From: an uncultured Candidatus Saccharibacteria bacterium
GTDB lineage: Bacteria > Patescibacteriota > Minisyncoccia > Phycocordibacterales > CAYGLL01
Direction of reading: 5' to 3'
DNA: 64,000 nt
Assembly: GCA_964350935.1 (NCBI GenBank)
Contig: CAYGLL010000005.1
Location: forward strand, 1,544 to 65,543
In this document: in pieces, positions 62,818 to 64,000 of the stretch
Layout of the letters: each line of letters opens with the position of its first letter
How positions within the stretch are numbered: the first letter of the stretch is position 1
Program-made: the position numbers and the translations under genes
The notes under the pieces: generated by a model
Databases searched by the model: none
Seen by the model: only the letters and a program-made list of their open reading frames with translations
What the model was told of the DNA's origin: nothing

Positions 62818-63588
62818 TTATTTATACGACTCGCTCATATTCCAAATAGTTTCAAACATAGCCTCTACGATATGGTAAATATCTTTTGACGTAACAATCA
62901 CCCCACCCCCGTCTTCACCATACGAAATGAACGCAACTGACGTATCGTAGAGGATCATCATTGTGTTGAATTTGTTTGTCATATTTTTAGGCATAAAGCG
63001 CGGATTGCGCAGTTTTATATCTTCAGTAGAAAGCTTTCGGGTTGAATTCCCCGATTCCCACAACGTCCGCGAATGAATGCCGTGATACTTTCGCGCTTTG
63101 AGATAGTAATCCCCGAACTCACTGTCGATATCTCGTAAATAATTATTGTAGGGAGCAATGATATCCCACTTTTTACTCTTTGCCCGAAAGGCAGCATCAA
63201 AAAGTGACCGGATCCCATTTTTACCTGAAAACTTCTTAACGATAAATTCGTTAGTGTTGCCGCCTCGAAAAGTGCCGAGTGATTCGAGAAGAGCCGGCAA
63301 ACTTTTTTCCAATTTTAGAATCCTGTGTTTTTCTTCTTCGAGAAGCGATTTAAGGCGACCGGGGTCAACGGCAGCGTATCGCTTTACCGCCTCACCGGTA
63401 TCCAAAACCAAGCCTTTCGTAATAAGGGAAAGGAGGTTGTGATAAACCGTTGGTCGTTTAATAGTTAAAGCCAGTGAAAGTTCCTGAAGCGTTGATGATG
63501 GTTTTTTGGTAAGCGCCACAAAGACCTCTGCTTCTTTTTGTGAAAGACCGAATTCAACCAAATGTTCGACTATGTTCGTTTTTTTCAT
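62818..63588 (-). CDS. TrmB-like winged-helix transcriptional regulator
   Basis: 256 aa. N-terminal VEFGLSQKEAEVFVALTKKPSSTLQELSLALTIKRPTVYHNLLSLITKGLV matches the TrmB HTH (LGLSxxEAxVYxALL..G..TA.EIS..SG.PR..VY..L..L...G.V), followed by a coiled-coil and a C-terminal domain. Confidence 0.6.
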   Translation of the reverse strand: MKKTNIVEHLVEFGLSQKEAEVFVALTKKPSSTLQELSLALTIKRPTVYHNLLSLITKGLVLDTGEAVKRYAAVDPGRLKSLLEEEKHRILKLEKSLPALLESLGTFRGGNTNEFIVKKFSGKNGIRSLFDAAFRAKSKKWDIIAPYNNYLRDIDSEFGDYYLKARKYHGIHSRTLWESGNSTRKLSTEDIKLRNPRFMPKNMTNKFNTMMILYDTSVAFISYGEDGGGVIVTSKDIYHIVEAMFETIWNMSESYK

Positions 63589-63689
63589 ATTTTATTTGTC
63601 CATATTTTTTATGGACAATTTTGACCCTAGCGTACCAACCGGCGTACTCTTTGTAAAGAAGGAGATCAACACAGAACATTGACAAGTAT

Positions 63690-64000
63690 ATGAAAACAAA
63701 ACGAACCTCAACTGAATGGTGGGTAGCGACAAAAAGCGATCCTGCGGCTTTTATCAAATGGCTCAAGGATCAGTATCACGGAGAGGTGACGGCGGCGGTG
63801 CGAATCCGTGAGCTCATCCTTATCTACCCCGCGAATCCCAAGTGGAAAAACACTGTTGAGACCATCGCCTCTCAGGAAGAAACTCACGCAGAGTGGGTAG
63901 GAGAACTACTCACGGCGCGCGGAGTGAAACCTGAAACACTTGAAAAGCGTGAGAGGTATTGGGAGAACACCCTCAAACAAATTACCGACTGGGACAGCGG
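63690..64000 (+). CDS. Hypothetical protein, N-terminal part only (runs off the window end)
   Basis: ATG at 63690, then an open frame to the window end (MKTKRTSTEWWVATKSDPAAFIKWLKDQYHGEVTAAVRIRELILIYPANPKWKNTVETIASQEETHAEWVGELL...). It is divergent from the TrmB-like gene. Not in the ORF track because it is partial. Confidence 0.4.
   Translation, partial: MKTKRTSTEWWVATKSDPAAFIKWLKDQYHGEVTAAVRIRELILIYPANPKWKNTVETIASQEETHAEWVGELLTARGVKPETLEKRERYWENTLKQITDWDS

Overview
This 64 kb window is a gene-dense bacterial chromosomal segment, about 90% coding, with most genes on the minus strand and short intergenic spacers that often carry hairpin plus U-run terminators. A lineage cannot be assigned from the sequence alone. 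The gene content (SipW/TasA-type secreted proteins, a type IV pilin and PilB-like ATPase, YvcK/CofD-family and DedA-type membrane proteins, and MacB-type ABC exporters without an outer-membrane component) suggests a monoderm, Gram-positive-like or reduced-genome Patescibacteria-like organism. Housekeeping genes recognised are map, adk, argS, tmk, glyA, folD, queA, and the secE-nusG-rplK cluster. There is also a compact thymidylate/dNTP-metabolism neighbourhood: dCMP deaminase, thyA-folA-dcd, tmk, and an HD-domain and a MazG-like protein. Three accessory modules stand out. (1) A tandem array of four paralogous genes (35083-41031) that all end in a PEP-utilising-enzyme phosphohistidine swivel domain. 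One carries an N-terminal PEP-synthase-type ATP-binding domain; the other three lack it. (2) A SipW signal peptidase with four cognate secreted proteins: three TasA/camelysin-like and one lamin-tail-domain protein. This cluster sits next to a MacA/MacB-like exporter and a PilB ATPase. (3) A 1298-aa secreted surface protein next to an ECF sigma/anti-sigma pair. At the RNA level, two families of duplicated intergenic elements were found: a ~105-bp repeat at 6.1 kb and 32.0 kb, and a conserved 5' leader hairpin shared by rplK and secE. A 570-bp non-coding stretch after queA carries three tandem terminator hairpins. No tRNA, rRNA, CRISPR or transposase could be supported. All calls are based on motifs read by eye from the supplied translations; no database search was possible.
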